This document shows, piece by piece, positions 23,701 to 36,663 of a stretch of 64,000 bases of DNA. Positions within the stretch are counted from its first letter, which is position 1. The number at the start of each line of letters is the position of its first letter. The DNA comes from Marsupella aquatica (Eukaryota; Plantae; Marchantiophyta), in contig OZ316891.1 of assembly GCA_973895155.1 (NCBI GenBank), positions 6,109,708 through 6,173,707 on the forward strand, in the 5' to 3' direction. Below the pieces are notes generated by a model that saw only the letters and a program-made list of their open reading frames with translations, made no database searches and had not been told where the DNA came from. The position numbers were made by a program, and so were the translations under genes.

Positions 23701-24504
23701 TGAGCTGCCTGCCACAAAAATGGTACCATCTGCATTAAAAGCACAGCAGAGGATTCGCATTGCAGGTTGGCTGATGATGTTGGACACCTGTAGGGAGGCT
23801 TTTCTAGGTCTCCTTGTAGGTAAAGGTTGGATGTCTCTGGGAGCGGGCTGATAGACATGGGGCTTGACAGCCGAGTATCGCGCATCCCAGATTCTGCACA
23901 TACCATCCTCAGAGGACGAGAGTAGATGATGTTCACATCCCTGTCGAGGGCTGAATTCGATAGCCGTAACAGCCCCACCATGCCCACCAAGGACAGAAAA
24001 TGGAAACCCATCTGGCAGCCGCCAAACTCTGATGGAGTGATCACTGGAGGCCGATGCTACAAAATTGTTCTTGCTACTCACAGCCAAATCGGTTATAGGA
24101 GCATCATGGCCAATGCAACTACCCAGACAGAAACCAGTGCGAGTTGACCAGATGTTCACAAGGGCATCATCCGATCCAGTGATCACAAGCTGCGCACTTC
24201 TATCAAATATAGAACAGTTCACGACTTCGTGATGCCCTCGCAATTTCTTGATCATCTGGATCCTTTCAAAGATTACTGTGGGCTTTGCTATCTCATAGGT
24301 GGTCTTCTTGACAGGAGGAGGTCGATGATATCGACCAACTGCACCACCCAGTTCTCTCAGTGCCAATCGGTAAACTTGGTTTGCTTGCGCACTGGTCTCA
24401 TGGCCTCCTGGCTCGCCTTCCTTAGAACGGCCAGGACAATTCAGATCAACATCCACCCCGGCTGCCGCCGCCTCAGATTGTCCACCAGCTATACTTGAAT
24501 CCAT
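20779..24504 (-). CDS. BRWD/PHIP-like WD40 protein, N- and C-terminally truncated (no bromodomain visible); may be a pseudogene
   Basis: Exon 24504-23247 reads ELGGAVGRYHRPP..IAKPT..IKKLRGH..FDRSAQLVITGSDD..GHDAPITDLAVSS..WRLPDG..WSLDSRFLLGAIT. Small GT-AG exons follow: DCRICVWNALDGSLAHSLTGH (about 23018-22948), TYVLDVHPFNPRIAMSAGYDG (about 22694-22613), IWCGHPIRTY..DGNFSP (about 22435-22365), DGSSLVVSDNVG..AKYEQ (about 22132-22035) and FPYDLQYQ..RLAA (about 21260 onward). Confidence 0.85.
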
Positions 24505-24694
24505 GATCGAAAATTTAACCCAAACCAGTACCGATGCGCTGCTGATATCGAGGAAGGGCTGATCCTGCTGTCGTATAAGCTGAATCCCGGATGCAACCCC
24601 TATGGCTGCATACTCTACGCTGCTCGATCGTAGATAAGGTCTAGGGGTTCCGAGCACTGAAATTCACTCACAAGCCTATGTTTGCACTAAGAGC

Positions 24695-24980
24695 TTGCGT
24701 GGTCTTAAATTGCCAAAGGAAACACCACATGCTCCCGAAACGATAATGAGGCTCGTCAAAACAGTCGTGCATGTAGTTCCTTCACTGACCAATCAAATTC
24801 TCCGATCCCTCTAATCTACCGCTCCTGTCTTTCCTCCATTTCATTGTTTGCACAGAGACCTCGCGTGGTCTTTGCCAAAGAGAAACAACACACGCTCCCG
24901 AAACGATAAATAATGAGGCTCGTCAAAACAGTCGTGCATGTCGTTCCTTCATTGACCAATCAAACCCTCCGATCCATGTA
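24695..24980. repeat. direct duplication of a >100-bp unit upstream of the WD40 gene
   Basis: GCGTGGTCTT..GCTCCCGAAACGATAA..TGAGGCTCGTCAAAACAGTCGTGCATG..GACCAATCAAA..TCCGATCC occurs twice. Confidence 0.8.
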
Positions 24981-25052
24981 ATTTATCGCTCCCGTCTTTG
25001 CTCCGTTTCTCTGCTCTACTACTTGCTCCGCGACCACCTCATCGTTAAGCCC

Positions 25053-25490
25053 TGCATGAACTGAACCGCAGTAGCAGAACAGCACCTTGCATGAACTGAA
25101 CCGCAGAACAGCACCTCCGTGCATCAACTGAACCGCAGTAGCAGAACAGCACCTCCTTGCATCAACTGAACCGCAGCAGCAGAACAACACCTCCGAGCAT
25201 CAACTGAACCGCAGCAACAGAACAACACCTTTTTGCATCAACTGAACCGCAGCAGCAGAACATCCCAGCAACAGCAGAACAGTGACTGGAGAGTATCAAC
25301 TGAACCGCAGCAGCAGCAGAACAGCACCTCACCAGCAACAGCAGAACAGTGAATGGACACCGAAGGGAGAGAATGCGGAGACCGAAGAAAGCGAATGCGG
25401 AGACCGAAGAGAGACCGAAAGGAGATCGAAGAAAGAGAATGCGGAGACCGAAGAGAGACCGAAGGGAGACCGAAGGGAGAGAATGCCGCA
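25053..25490. repeat. minisatellite arrays (about 37-bp GCATCAACTGAACCGCAGCAGCAGAACAGCACCTCC units, then GAGAATGCGGAGACCGAA units)
   Basis: About 7 units in 25053-25350 and several GGAGACCGAAG units in 25365-25490. Confidence 0.85.
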
Positions 25491-28400
25491 GTGACGAATC
25501 TGCGACGATGCGTTACTGATACGTGGTGATGAACGCCAGACTAGCGTCCGCAATGCTTTCCGCCGCCAGGCATAAGGCTCCGAATTGCTGGAAACGTCGT
25601 CGACCGCAATAATTAGTAGCAACTGTATAAACGGGGAACCCGGAGCAGTCAACATCTTATCTTGGGGTGCGCAGTCAGCCACTGTTTGTCTCTTCAGACA
25701 CCTAGCGGCTCCGTTTTTTTTGGAATTGTTTTGTTTTTGGGGTCCGTTTGTAGAATTATCTTTTATGTTCACAAATTGGAGAACTGAAACAATACGGTTA
25801 TGTAGTAGAGTTTTATGTTAAAAGAGGCCTGGGCGTATATTAGTATTTTTGGTAAAAGGAGGCTATTGAGAGATATCTTACTAATGTCCTCCAGTGAGCA
25901 CAGCGTTATGGATATTTGAATAGTGCGCCCTGTCCGGGCATTGTGTTTGAGATTGGACTCTTTTGTTTTCATTTATTTTTTAAACTTTCGGGGCGTTGTG
26001 CTGAAAAATGAGTGTTGTGAACTCAAAACACAAGTTCCAACTTAAACAAATAGATCGTATAGGGACCCCAGAAAATTCATTGTCAAACACGCTGTTACTT
26101 CCAAACCTACTTCCAAACCACAGTCCTTCCACTCCAAAACAATAAGTTACCTTAAAGATATGTAAAACCTGCTGCATCTTTGTAGTCCAAACTCAGGATC
26201 ATGACCTCTCTCTCTAGGTGGTGTGATTCTGCTTTAAGGTTCACAATGCCCACCAGAAAATATGGGTGACCAAGGCTTTGTCACTCCCAGTTAGTTTGAA
26301 GTTCTACCCCTTGGTTATGTAAGCTTGATGTTATTCAATTAACTCTATCATTTGTCCCTTTTAAAACTCTCATCTTGTGAAAATTGCTTGATTAAAAAGA
26401 ATGATTCATATGGCTAACTGGACAGTAAGCAAGAATTACTTTGGGTAATTATTAATAGCATTCTGAAATTTGATTCCCTGCCTGAAGGCTACAACAATTG
26501 TCATCAAAAGGAAATAGGTGGAGCCTCAATATTCTAAAATAGGAGTGCAGAAAAAGGGATTGCAGCTAACAGGAGTGCAAAGAAAGGACTAGCCAAGCTG
26601 CTATATGGTGAATTCACCTTTCAGATTTGTCTTATTTAGATTTGTTGTGTTATACTGTTTTTATTTCAATGTGGCCGATCAAGGGCAAGATGAAGGGGCA
26701 TCATTTGTATTATTTAGATTTATAATCAATTTTCCTAGCTTCCCATGAAATCCTAACTAGAGCCCGAACTAGAGCCATAGTATTCTTTTTATGGATATTT
26801 CAAGAAAGGTTTTAAAACCGTAAGTTTCCGTAGAGTTGTGTAACTTAAAAATCCTGTGATCTTCTTGCGGAATACTTTATGTCTTAAAGTCTAAACCCAA
26901 GTCAAAACCTTACTTTTTCAAATATGATGGGTTGAAAGAAATCAGTGACAAGGCTTGGTTATTGGAGACACAATAAGAAAGTTGTGCAATAAGATTGTAT
27001 AGTCATCTTTTAGTTACTTTCTATAATCCTGGACTCTATCCATGACGCTGATCTTGCAATTGTGCCTTCCTAGTTGAGACCCTATTTTTGTAACCTTCAT
27101 AAGAAAGTTGTTGCAAACATGTGGATCATTTATTTTTCTCATAGTTACCTTGTTCCTTCACAGTCATACTTATGAAAGATACTTAAAAGCCGGCAGAGAA
27201 GTAGAGTAAAGGGTGTACCTATATTTTTTCTAATTGTATTCTAATATTTATCCCTTCATGAAGAAGAATGTTGTCCATGATTTTAACATATTCAAGCAAT
27301 TCTAGGTGTTACATAGGGGATTACATATAGAAACATTTTGCTGGCTTAGCATACTATTCCATGCATTATAATGGCAATTCTCATGGTGTCAGGTTGGTGT
27401 CCTCATTTAATTGCTTACCACTTCTTCCCCCATTTCATGCTTTGACTCAGGTCCATACCTTCACCAGAAATATAACTCAAGGATAGTGTCCTTGAATTTT
27501 CAGGTTAATTTATTTTTGAGCTAGTGAGGGCTCTACCTACTGTAGATGAACAATATAATCTATTTATCTTTCCCTCTGTATGTGAGTCCTTCCTTATGAA
27601 CGCAGAGAAAATAGAGGAAAATGTGGAAACAGTCATGTGAATCAGCATGCAAGAAACACATCATTTGGTACAAGCTTCAAGTAGCAAAGATGCAAAACAT
27701 GGTCCGCAATAAAAAGCCAGTTGGGATGCACATTAGTGCACACAACTCCCCTTTTGCAACTTGACAAGTTTTAATTTCCTTGTAATGGCCGGGGTAATGG
27801 CCTTCTAACCAAATGAATTGACATTGTTAGGTTTCATTTACTCAACTAAAATCTAGCACCTCTCAACCCAAGGAATCCAAAAATGTAACTTAAAAAAAAA
27901 ACTGAACAATCATGTATGTATGGATGGATGAGAACAAACTTGATCAGACAAAATTATATGACTTGTTTTTATACAGGGCCTACAACCAGACTAGCCAGCA
28001 TTTCAGGATTTTCATTAAAATTCTAAAAGTAACTCTTTTAAAATAAAAGATAAAGCAAGAGTAGAAATCAATCATTTTCCTATGTGGGAAAAGAAGAAAA
28101 TAAAACTGTATATCTGACTCAAAAGTTCTAAAAGTGGAAAACCCAGGGTTTTTTCAAATTTCAATTTTCAATAGAGCCAACCTTTTAATAGCTCACCTTT
28201 TAGCCCATGCAAAAATGTAGACCCCTGCTAAACGAGCCAAGTACATGAGTTGCAAACCCAAGGATGCACAACAGTGTAATTTTGTTATCAATGGTACGCG
28301 CACAAATGCAACAGGGTAGGCACAACACTTGTATGCTGCAATTAAGGTTTGATCATTAGGTCCTCATCCTTGGGGTTCCACTTGGTGTATCTTATGTACG

Positions 28401-29639
28401 GTAAGGAGCTCCCCAATCACTAAAGTTCTGACACTTTGGGGCCTTGTACACCCCAAAAATTAAGAAACCAACTTAATTTTGCTTACCAAGGCTATTAATT
28501 TCAAAATTTTTGTTTAGGAAACTCATACTTTTTCTCGTCAGACAGTTAGTCAGAGGTCAAAACCCTTGTTAGCTGTCTTAAAAAACTATTTCAAAACAAA
28601 TTTGATTTCCTAGTAATGGACATAAGAATGTGACCAATTAGCCCATTCAATGTGCATGTGTTGCCCATAGTCTGCTGCAACCATGATGTCATTGCTGAAA
28701 TGTTGTTGCTGCACAATTGAATGATGCAATAGTTGACCCTGGAGGGGTTGGAAGACACAAATGAGAGGAAGAGCCTGGTGAGGGAGAGTCAGAGCAAGAG
28801 TCAAGCAAGAGCCATAGTGAGAATATTAATTATATAAATAGGCCACTGGGGCAGCTCCAGCAAGTCTGTTGGCAGCAGAATAAAAATTAGTCATAAGAAA
28901 CCCTTTTGGTCTTCACACTGATTCCCCCCCTCCAACCCTCACCTAAATTATCTCCTCCCCCTGGATGGTTTTTGGACCCAATTTATGCCACGTACTGAAA
29001 AATGTTGCATAAATTGGATGACCTCTATTTCACCAGGGATTTTTATCATCACCATCTTAATTTCCTAGAGTTTATCTTTCCAGGTGTATAGGTCTTGAAT
29101 TTGTGTACTGACCTTCCTTTTTCCCCCTAGAAAGTTCTCACTCCTCACCACCACATAGGTCAGGGTGGGTGGAAGGCGTGTAGGGGGCAAGTTAGTCATC
29201 CCGACCAATCAGCTGCAGGTCAGCAGAAATGTATCTTTACATCAGCACACTGCCATGGCCTGTGCAGTGTGGAGAGTCTGGGTGAGCCAAAGACAGCACA
29301 GGCATAAGAGGAATTATTCCAGAAGGAAAATTGAGACAAGAATCAAATTTTGAGAGACATCCAACTGTGATGACAAACTCAAGAAGAGCTTTGGGGCCCA
29401 AGACAAACAACCCACCCCCATACATGCAACCCAAATATAGTTGCCCTTCAAATGACGGCCTCCCACCCCCATACATGTAACCTCAAATACTGGCCCGTCA
29501 AATGACTGCCCCCACCCCATGCATGTAACAATGAACCCCAAAAAATCTGACCCCTTCATTGGCTGACCTTCTTCCCTCCAAGCAAAAACTCTACCACAAC
29601 CTTTCAGAGCGCATGTACCTCGGGGAACTATTTCACTCC

Positions 29640-30960
29640 ACGGGTTTACAGGAGGTTGCGCATCTCTTCAGTTCGTCCGCGTGCTTACAATCGACCATCA
29701 GAGCTATGGCTGCAAAAGAGGTTTCCTGATCACTCAATTGCTCGAACTGGAGGGATAGTGGCAGGCAGTGGGGGAGAAAATGGGAAACCCGCAGCCGCAG
29801 AATATTAAGAGTGTTCGAACTCCGGAGAGGCTAGGGTTGGAGAGAAGACGAGTCAGGAAAGGATACCGTTCCCAAGCTCCAGAAGGCTAGAAATGGTCCT
29901 CCGTGCAGGCGGGCCGACTAGGTTATCCGACAGCAATCGCATGGGGGGAAGGCGGAGAAGCAAGGCTGGGCTCATCGTAATCCCCTCTGCTGGAGAATGA
30001 AGAGGAATTTCTGATGAGTTCAAGTTTGCAGGCGCAGCAGGCTTTCATGGACAAAGTAAAGGAAACGCTTCACGTCGACCAATCTATGTATAGAGCGTTT
30101 CTCGCGTGTTTCCGATCATCAGCCCTTCCGTGTTGCAAAGCTTCGTTGTCGATACATTGGCTGAGTTCAACGATTTGCTTTGCGGTAGCTACATCCTCGA
30201 TTTGCCGTCATTAGCAAAATGCTTGATTGTGAGGAACGTGTCATGAGTTTGGCGGCTCAGAAGGAAGTCCCCAGCCGGAAGCCCTCATCACTTCTCAACA
30301 TGGTGAAGCATTCAAATGAGCCAGTTTCACACCTCGACAGATTGAATTGGGAACGTTGTACACCCAGCTCGCCTCCTGCCCCAAAACTACCCGAAGATAT
30401 CACCAATTCAACCCACCATTCGATCAGAACTGGCTTCTGCGATCCTCAACTGCTGCCGCGTATGTGCGACAGCTGGAATTGAGAACCACAACTCAACTAC
30501 TGCCGTGTATGTGCGACAGCTGGAATTGAGAACCACAACTTCAAGCCCCTGCGCAGGGTTATGAATCTATATGCGGAGAGTTCCTTCCGATGTGTAGTTG
30601 CTCGGTGTGAGGTTCATTTGTTAGTGCAACGGGCTGCCGTTACAGCTCGGACAGTGATATACCTATTGAGATACATAGAGGATCCGGAATTCAGACAGCA
30701 GATGTCGCGATCTACATTTGTGTTGGAAGACCATCTATCAGCTATCAATTTGAGATGCATCGATCGAGGAGGTCTATGGGGATCATGGGCTGGACTTCAT
30801 TGCATTGAGCTGTTACGCACAGATCGATCCATCTACTACTCTACCCTGTTGTACTCACTCGTTTGCTTCAGAAGCACGAGGAATGGTTTCGGTAGCGGAT
30901 CAAGATGAACAAAGTATGGGATAAGGTGTACTAGAAATATTACAGTTAGTCGCTTGGTGA
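29640..30960 (+). pseudogene. Sin3-like (SNL) co-repressor processed pseudogene (end of PAH2, PAH3, HDAC-interaction domain)
   Basis: Fragments across frames: VYRRLRISS/QEVAHLF region, QQAFMDKVKETL, LDRLNWERCTPS, MNLYAESSFRC, EDHLSAINLRCI..GLHCIELLR. It is collinear, intron-free and has frameshifts and stops. Confidence 0.8.
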
Positions 30961-31334
30961 TGTAGCTTCGACCTATGACAATAGCTAGTAGGACGAGAGG
31001 CTCTTGAATGTATCAGTAAAGGGAACGATGCAGATGGGACATTCATCCGCATCGATAGGAGGGGCTACCAAGTAAGAACGTTGGAGTGTTCACCGCAGAA
31101 GTCAACCTGACACCTGGAGACAGTCTCCTCACTATAGCCTGTACGTACCTAATTAAAGAAATGGTGGCCAGCTAATAGTTGATGTAAAACAAAGGAAGGA
31201 TGTTAACGTCACTGATTGGCCACTACTAGAGGACTCAAGGAGAACACTTCCATCTGTCAGGGACCAGATCAAATGGATGCCAAACTTTCCACATTTTTGT
31301 GAAGGAATTTTTTTTTAATCCCTGACACAGTGGA

Positions 31335-32738
31335 GCTAGGGGTCAGATAGTAGTCTTTCATGTTTTAGACTAGGAAAGCAACCGAGATCAACGCAAGGTA
31401 GCTAGTTAACGTTAGGTTGACCAGCTGAATTGTTTTTGATGGTAAATCAATAAAGGGCCATGTCCATTCTGTAACCTTCAATCATGTTGCTTGCAAGCAA
31501 GCAGAGTCCAATTATATACTCCGAAACCTTCTGGTGAATGCAGTACGTCGAACTTTCATGTATGTAAAATGAGAGCAGTAGTGAACTTCGAATGGCAGTT
31601 AAATTGACATGCAACTGAGTGTATGGAATGATTGTTTTTGGTTATATTTGGATCAATTAATTAATTTTTAATTAGTGATCCATCCAAGCAAGACAATTAA
31701 GCTAGTTGGACAATTAGATGTTCAGATCGAATGGATGGAGTTCAGACTTTGAAAGTGCAATATTGATAGCTATTGAAGAGTTGATAGTGCGGCCAAGTGG
31801 TAAGAGATTCACGATTAGATAAGGAACCGTGATGACGAGTCAGGTATCTATTGCTTCTGCTTTGATTGTGAACAGCAGCCGAGAATGTACTTGGATGACA
31901 CTGATGATTATTTGTTTTACAAAAACCTATGAAATGCGCTAATGATTTCATTCGGATGCAAGGAAACCCAGGAAAAAGTAAGACTAAGTCAATTAATGAA
32001 ACTAATGCGTTAGTGGTTACACCCTACACTATAAACAATTTGCTCACACTTTAGGCGCTCTTAATAGAAGATTGGAAAGGGCGGAGACAATTGTCTCAAA
32101 CTAAAGGGGTACAAAATTAAAGGGGTCTGATCAAGTGGGTATATATTTTAATTTTTATACTAAGTGAGGGCCCAGTTGAGGGATGCTCACAAAGTTTCTA
32201 TGGTGACAACAAACTTGCCAAATCACATACTGCTCATCATTTCAGGACCAAGCACATTGAAGTTCCTTATCATCGATCAGGATCAAGCACATTGATGTTC
32301 CTTATCATGTTGTTCGTGAACAAGTTCAAGAGGCATTGTTGTTATTCGGTACCTCTCCACAGAGGACATGCCTATTGATGGCCTTACTAAGCCTCTCATT
32401 GTATTTTTGATATCTATTGACCTCAGTGGTCTCAAGCTGATACCTGGTAGCCAAGCCAAAATGGTCAAGATCGGGGTGTCTGTGTGAATTCCTGAGACTG
32501 CAGATTCCTGACATTTGGACCAGTGACAATAAATCGTGTTAGGACTCATCCTCAATGCTGGTTACCCACACCTTCTTGGGTTCCTCATCCTCCTTCTCAA
32601 CCTTGACTTTAATTTATTCTCCCTTCTGGCCACCACCGGCCGTGTATGTCAGCCCGATCGTGAGTCACTTTCTCATCAACTGAAGACTTTGTGTCAGGCG
32701 CCTCTCTTGTCATAGAAATGTGAATAATGTTTGACAAC
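31335..32738. repeat. left arm of an inverted duplication (partner 57975..61375)
   Basis: For example, 32690-32738 is the reverse complement of 57975-58025. The ORF-track peptide MSPNTIYCHWSKCQESA appears on opposite strands in the two arms. Confidence 0.9.
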
Positions 32739-33302
32739 CTGTTCTCAATATATCTCAGTTTTTTCTTTAGTTTTCCGGATGTGGTACGCGCGCCCCGAAT
32801 TTGTCCTGATCTGACCATCCTCAGGTACAGATAGGGGCCGTTGTTGAAGGCCCATTGACTTCTGCTTGGCTGTAGGTTTCGACTGTCCATTTGGCTTGTG
32901 CTACCAAGGACATGCCAGAAGAACCTCTGGTACCACAGGTTCGGAACCATTCTCATGCCGAGGCTCTTACTTCCATCCGATCTAAATTAATGGCCGTTCC
33001 CCTTTTTTTCATAAGTAACTAACGTAGCATGAAAAGCTGGTTCATAGACATCCTCCATCTTACTAGCTAGCATTGGCCGTTCCCCTTCTTTTCATAACTG
33101 TTGGAGCATGACCAGCTGGTTCATAGGCATCCTCCATCTTACTAGCATTGACATCTTCAGTCTTTGCTTGATGTGCGTGTTTAGCAGTTGTGCCAGTCCC
33201 CAAAGCTTTTGTTGAATTGTGGTTCCAGTGGTGCCGATTAATGACAGTTGTCGCAGATTCAGATTCTTGACGTGATCAGATTCTTGACGTGATCGGCTGC
33301 AG

Positions 33303-34176
33303 TCAAATTACTTGAACCGGATCATCTGATCGAGAAGCATTGAGAAGAATGCCGGTACCCAGGGAACTGTATTGTTCATACAGCTCAAGCATTTGGTTGC
33401 CAACTTCTTCCAACTGTCGAGGACTGACTTCGAACTCTCGCCACCAAAGTGTCTCCCCATCTGTACGTATCTTGACATTAAGAAACTTAGCCGCGAGGAA
33501 GATGGCCCCTGCAGCAATTTGATGGGGCTTAAACTGCAGGCAGAGCGACGTGCGCAGCCCGTCATTCACAAAGTTCCAGGCCACTTGTTTCAGTGCGTTG
33601 TGAGGAACCTTGAACTTTTTAATAGCTGCAACCAATGGCTTATAAGGATGAGCTATCTCAAGATCCAAACCCAGTGTGGTCAGAACTAGTCGTTCTCCCA
33701 TCAATATTAACTCCTTCTGCTCCTCGTAAACATCCTTGTTCTTGATGCGCCCCACCGCTGCAGGATCCTTTTCATGTCGAACCTCATTAAGACATATGGA
33801 CAACATCTCGGAGAGGTTTTGGTGTCTCCTCCACTTTACCAGCCAAAAACATGCAGGAAGTTGCAATGATATATCTATCATTTTTCAAATGTGAGTGTCG
33901 AAGGTAGAATCGATGAGAGAAGACAATTGCCGTGGCGATGGTCAACTGATGGACTCTCAGACGCATGCCCAGATCTTGAAGGAAAGTAGTATAGCACACT
34001 CGAAAGTACGTCTCTTTCTTCAAATCGATACCGTCAAGACGCGAAGGAGACCTTGTCTCGATTTCCTCCCTTGAAAAATACCAGTTGGAACTCGAATGGT
34101 CAGGCTCCTCGAGCCTCCCTAATGGTGTTCCACATCCTGCTAATGCCCTCTGGGGAGCTTGAAATCCACCAGACAT
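33303..34176 (-). pseudogene. CYCT1: cyclin T1-like processed copy with one frameshift at about 33787
   Basis: [70 protein letters not shown], then [56 protein letters not shown]. No introns; one extra base relative to the copy at 40 kb. Confidence 0.9.
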
Positions 34177-34534
34177 CGTTCCCGCCTTCTGCGTTCCTCG
34201 AAGAAAGAAACCTTTCTAATTTGATACCTGCGCACTAAACCGCCAGTGAGATATTCTTAATCATAAGCTCAACACAACCGAGACTTTTGTGGTGGGACTA
34301 AACCGCACGTACTCAAACGCTGTCCCGATCAACGAGCCGAGGAAACTGTCTGAAAAGCACAAAGGGCCGACAATTTATCCACGATCCCGATCGAGTTAAA
34401 CCACCGAAAACGAGGATGGTCAAAACGTAAGCCCCTTACTCTTCAGCCTCAAGCTTAAATACACATGCTCCCTCTCCAGCCACCCGCCAGAAGGCTTCTT
34501 TGCTGTGAAGGAGGTTGAGGCTGGCGCCTGAAAT

Positions 34535-34770
34535 CATACAAGAGACTGACTAGGACTCCCCTCCAAGGACAAGTGACTGACTAAGGACTCCCCTCCAAGG
34601 ACAAGTGACTCTCCCTCCGTAAGACTTCAGGCTCAAGCCTAAAACACCCATGCTTCCTCCCAAGCCACCCGCCGGAAGGCTTCCTTACTGTGAAGCAGGT
34701 CGAGCTTCAAATCATATATACAAGAGACTGAAGAAGGACTCCCCTCCAAGGACAAGTGATTCTCCCTCGG
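34535..34770. repeat. tandem/dispersed repeats in the cyclin T upstream region
   Basis: GACTGAC..GGACTCCCCTCCAAGGACAAGTGA occurs 3 times and GCCACCCGCC.GAAGGCTTC twice nearby. The same pattern is at 40770-40985. Confidence 0.8.
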
Positions 34771-35269
34771 GTAAACAAAGAGGCTGCAGCACGTCAATTA
34801 AAGCAACAACAGTCCGCAAGAACAGTCCTTTTCCACCCAGTTCTCGGCATTGACTTGAAATTCCGATCCGGGCTAAGCCACTCACGAACACCGCCACTCG
34901 CATGATCAAAGGCAGACCCGTCCAAACATGAAAGCTAGGGCAGTAATACATAAATCGGGACACCATGCATGAACGAATTAAGGGCATCCACAACCCTGAA
35001 CGCCCTCTCCTCCCGCCTGCTGGTACCAGAAATTGACCTAAACGAGCATGAACCTCCATGTCCTCTTCCTCTTACCTTTTCTCGCAGTCCTGCTCGCTGA
35101 CAAACAAAAGTTGGCCTAGAACAAAAAGGTCCAAATTAAAATTACCAGTAATCTTATCGTACGATGATAATCCCTGTTTCACGTGATGGGAATAGCCGTC
35201 CGTGCGCTGTTGTACTTGTCAGACTATTGCAAAGATGAGAAGTTCCCATCCGAGTCGGGCTTTGAGGTC

Positions 35270-35385
35270 CATTCCCTCAACTTCGAAGGCTACTCAGATG
35301 CATTCTTTGCCGGCAATACCACGAACATAAATTCAACATCCAGATATGTAGTCAAAGCTTACAAATGATGGTGTCAGCTGGAAAT
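35270..35385 (+). mobile_element. isolated Ty1/copia RNase H fragment (second copy at about 41490-41600)
   Basis: LNFEGYSDAFFAGNTTNINSTSRYVVK..GVSWK resembles NFQGYCDASFVDNSVDQKSTSGYLFKLAGGAISWK of the copia at 56121. Confidence 0.75.
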
Positions 35386-35419
35386 TAATCATTACATGCC
35401 ATAAGGCCCACCAAATTTG

Positions 35420-35830
35420 ATCTTGCTATGCCCTCTCAATTTCTTGCTCATCTTGATCCTTTGAAAGACACTTGTCGGCTTTGCTATCGCATAGCTGGCC
35501 TTCTTGATAGAAGAAATTCGATGATATCTAGCAACCCCACCACCCAGTTCACTCAGTGTCAATTCGGTGAACTTGGCTTGCCTGCCCACTGGCATCTCAT
35601 GGCCTCTTGGCTCACCTTTTGCAGACACAAACCAGTACCGATGTGCTGCTATGGAGGGAGGTCTGATCCTGCTGCCGCATAACTGAGTTCCAGCTGGTGC
35701 AACCCATCTGGCTGCATTCTGGATTCTGTTCGATCTAAGATAGGATCTTCCCTAGTAATGAAAATTCCCTCACGAATCCATGTTTGCACCCAAGACCTTG
35801 CGTGGTCTTTGCCAAGGGGAAACAACAGGG
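35420..35830 (-). pseudogene. 5' fragment of the BRWD-like WD40 gene (second copy at about 41640-42025)
   Basis: ELGGGVARYHRISSIKKASYAIAKPTSVFQRIKMSKKLRGH, plus upstream DNA, aligns with about 24230-24730. Confidence 0.85.
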
Positions 35831-36365
35831 GACAGTGTTTCCCACTTTGGAAATGTGAAGGCTTTGGTCTCAGTGCGCTTTCTTCCTGTGCATTCTGAAG
35901 ATTATCTTTTATGTTACACAAACAACTAATTTCTATATCAGATGTTTTTGGGAAAGGAGCCTGCCAAAAGATGGGTGATTAGCCCTTCACTCCAAAAATT
36001 GACTTACCTTGAAGCTATTAGATGTTTTAGTCAAAACTCAACTTGACTTCCCCAAACAGCTGCTTCTTGGTTTGCTACAGGCTCTCTTTCCAGATAGCTG
36101 CTTTGTGGTTAGTCATGCCCACTAGTAAGCCAACTGACTTACTAAGTCGGCTTTGGCACTCCCTGGTATCATTCTTGTTATTTTCCTATGAAGTCACCCT
36201 GTAATTGACTAAATTTTGGCCTTTTTCTAACGCTCATCCCCTAGAACTTGACTAATTGAAAATAAATATATAATTTTTAGGCTAATTATGAATATTGTGT
36301 AATGAAATTCTTGAAGTTACATTATCTTAAATCTGAACTGTGCAAAAAATTCTTTTTCTATGCAT

Positions 36366-36663
36366 CTCGGGGGTCTCACTATATGGAGACCTCCCCACCA
36401 CCTACTACATTTTTAGGCCTTGGATCCCCTTAAATGTAGGATTTAAAAAATAAAATTAACTCTTATAAAGCTAAAATATTCTTGGATTATTATAAAATTT
36501 TGATTGAAAAGATATTGCTGTTCTTATAAAAGACTAAAAATTGAAATTAAAATATACTGTTGTTATTCTGCATGCAAAAAATCTCAAATTTTTCCTTAGA
36601 AACAATAAAATGACTTTATTTTTTGTGGTACGTGGTGCCATTTTTGTGGAAGTGAAACCCCCA
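36366..36663. mobile_element. MITE of the CTCGGGGG(T/C)TCACT-TIR family (other copies at about 42563-42856, 57317-57617, partial at about 43480-43717)
   Basis: Starts CTCGGGGGTCTCACTATATGG and ends GTGGAAGTGAAACCCCC. It has an AT-rich interior similar to the copy in the 3' LTR. Confidence 0.75.

Noticed and set aside
25053-25490. 37-bp repeats as a CRISPR array
   Set aside because: Head-to-tail degenerate minisatellite without spacers, in a eukaryotic context.
26300-29600. Possible decayed DNA-transposon body (about 27860-27980 resembles about 63430-63565; short CCCACCCCCATACATG repeats at 29410-29525)
   Set aside because: No ORF or recognisable transposase motif could be read. It is only supportable as an unclassified dispersed repeat.
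32283-32956. ORFs in the outer inverted arm (MRMSPNTIYCHW..., MRMVPNLWYQ...) as genes
   Set aside because: No recognisable domain, and the frames are not conserved between the two arms (indel near LAWL). They may be very old copia-derived debris.
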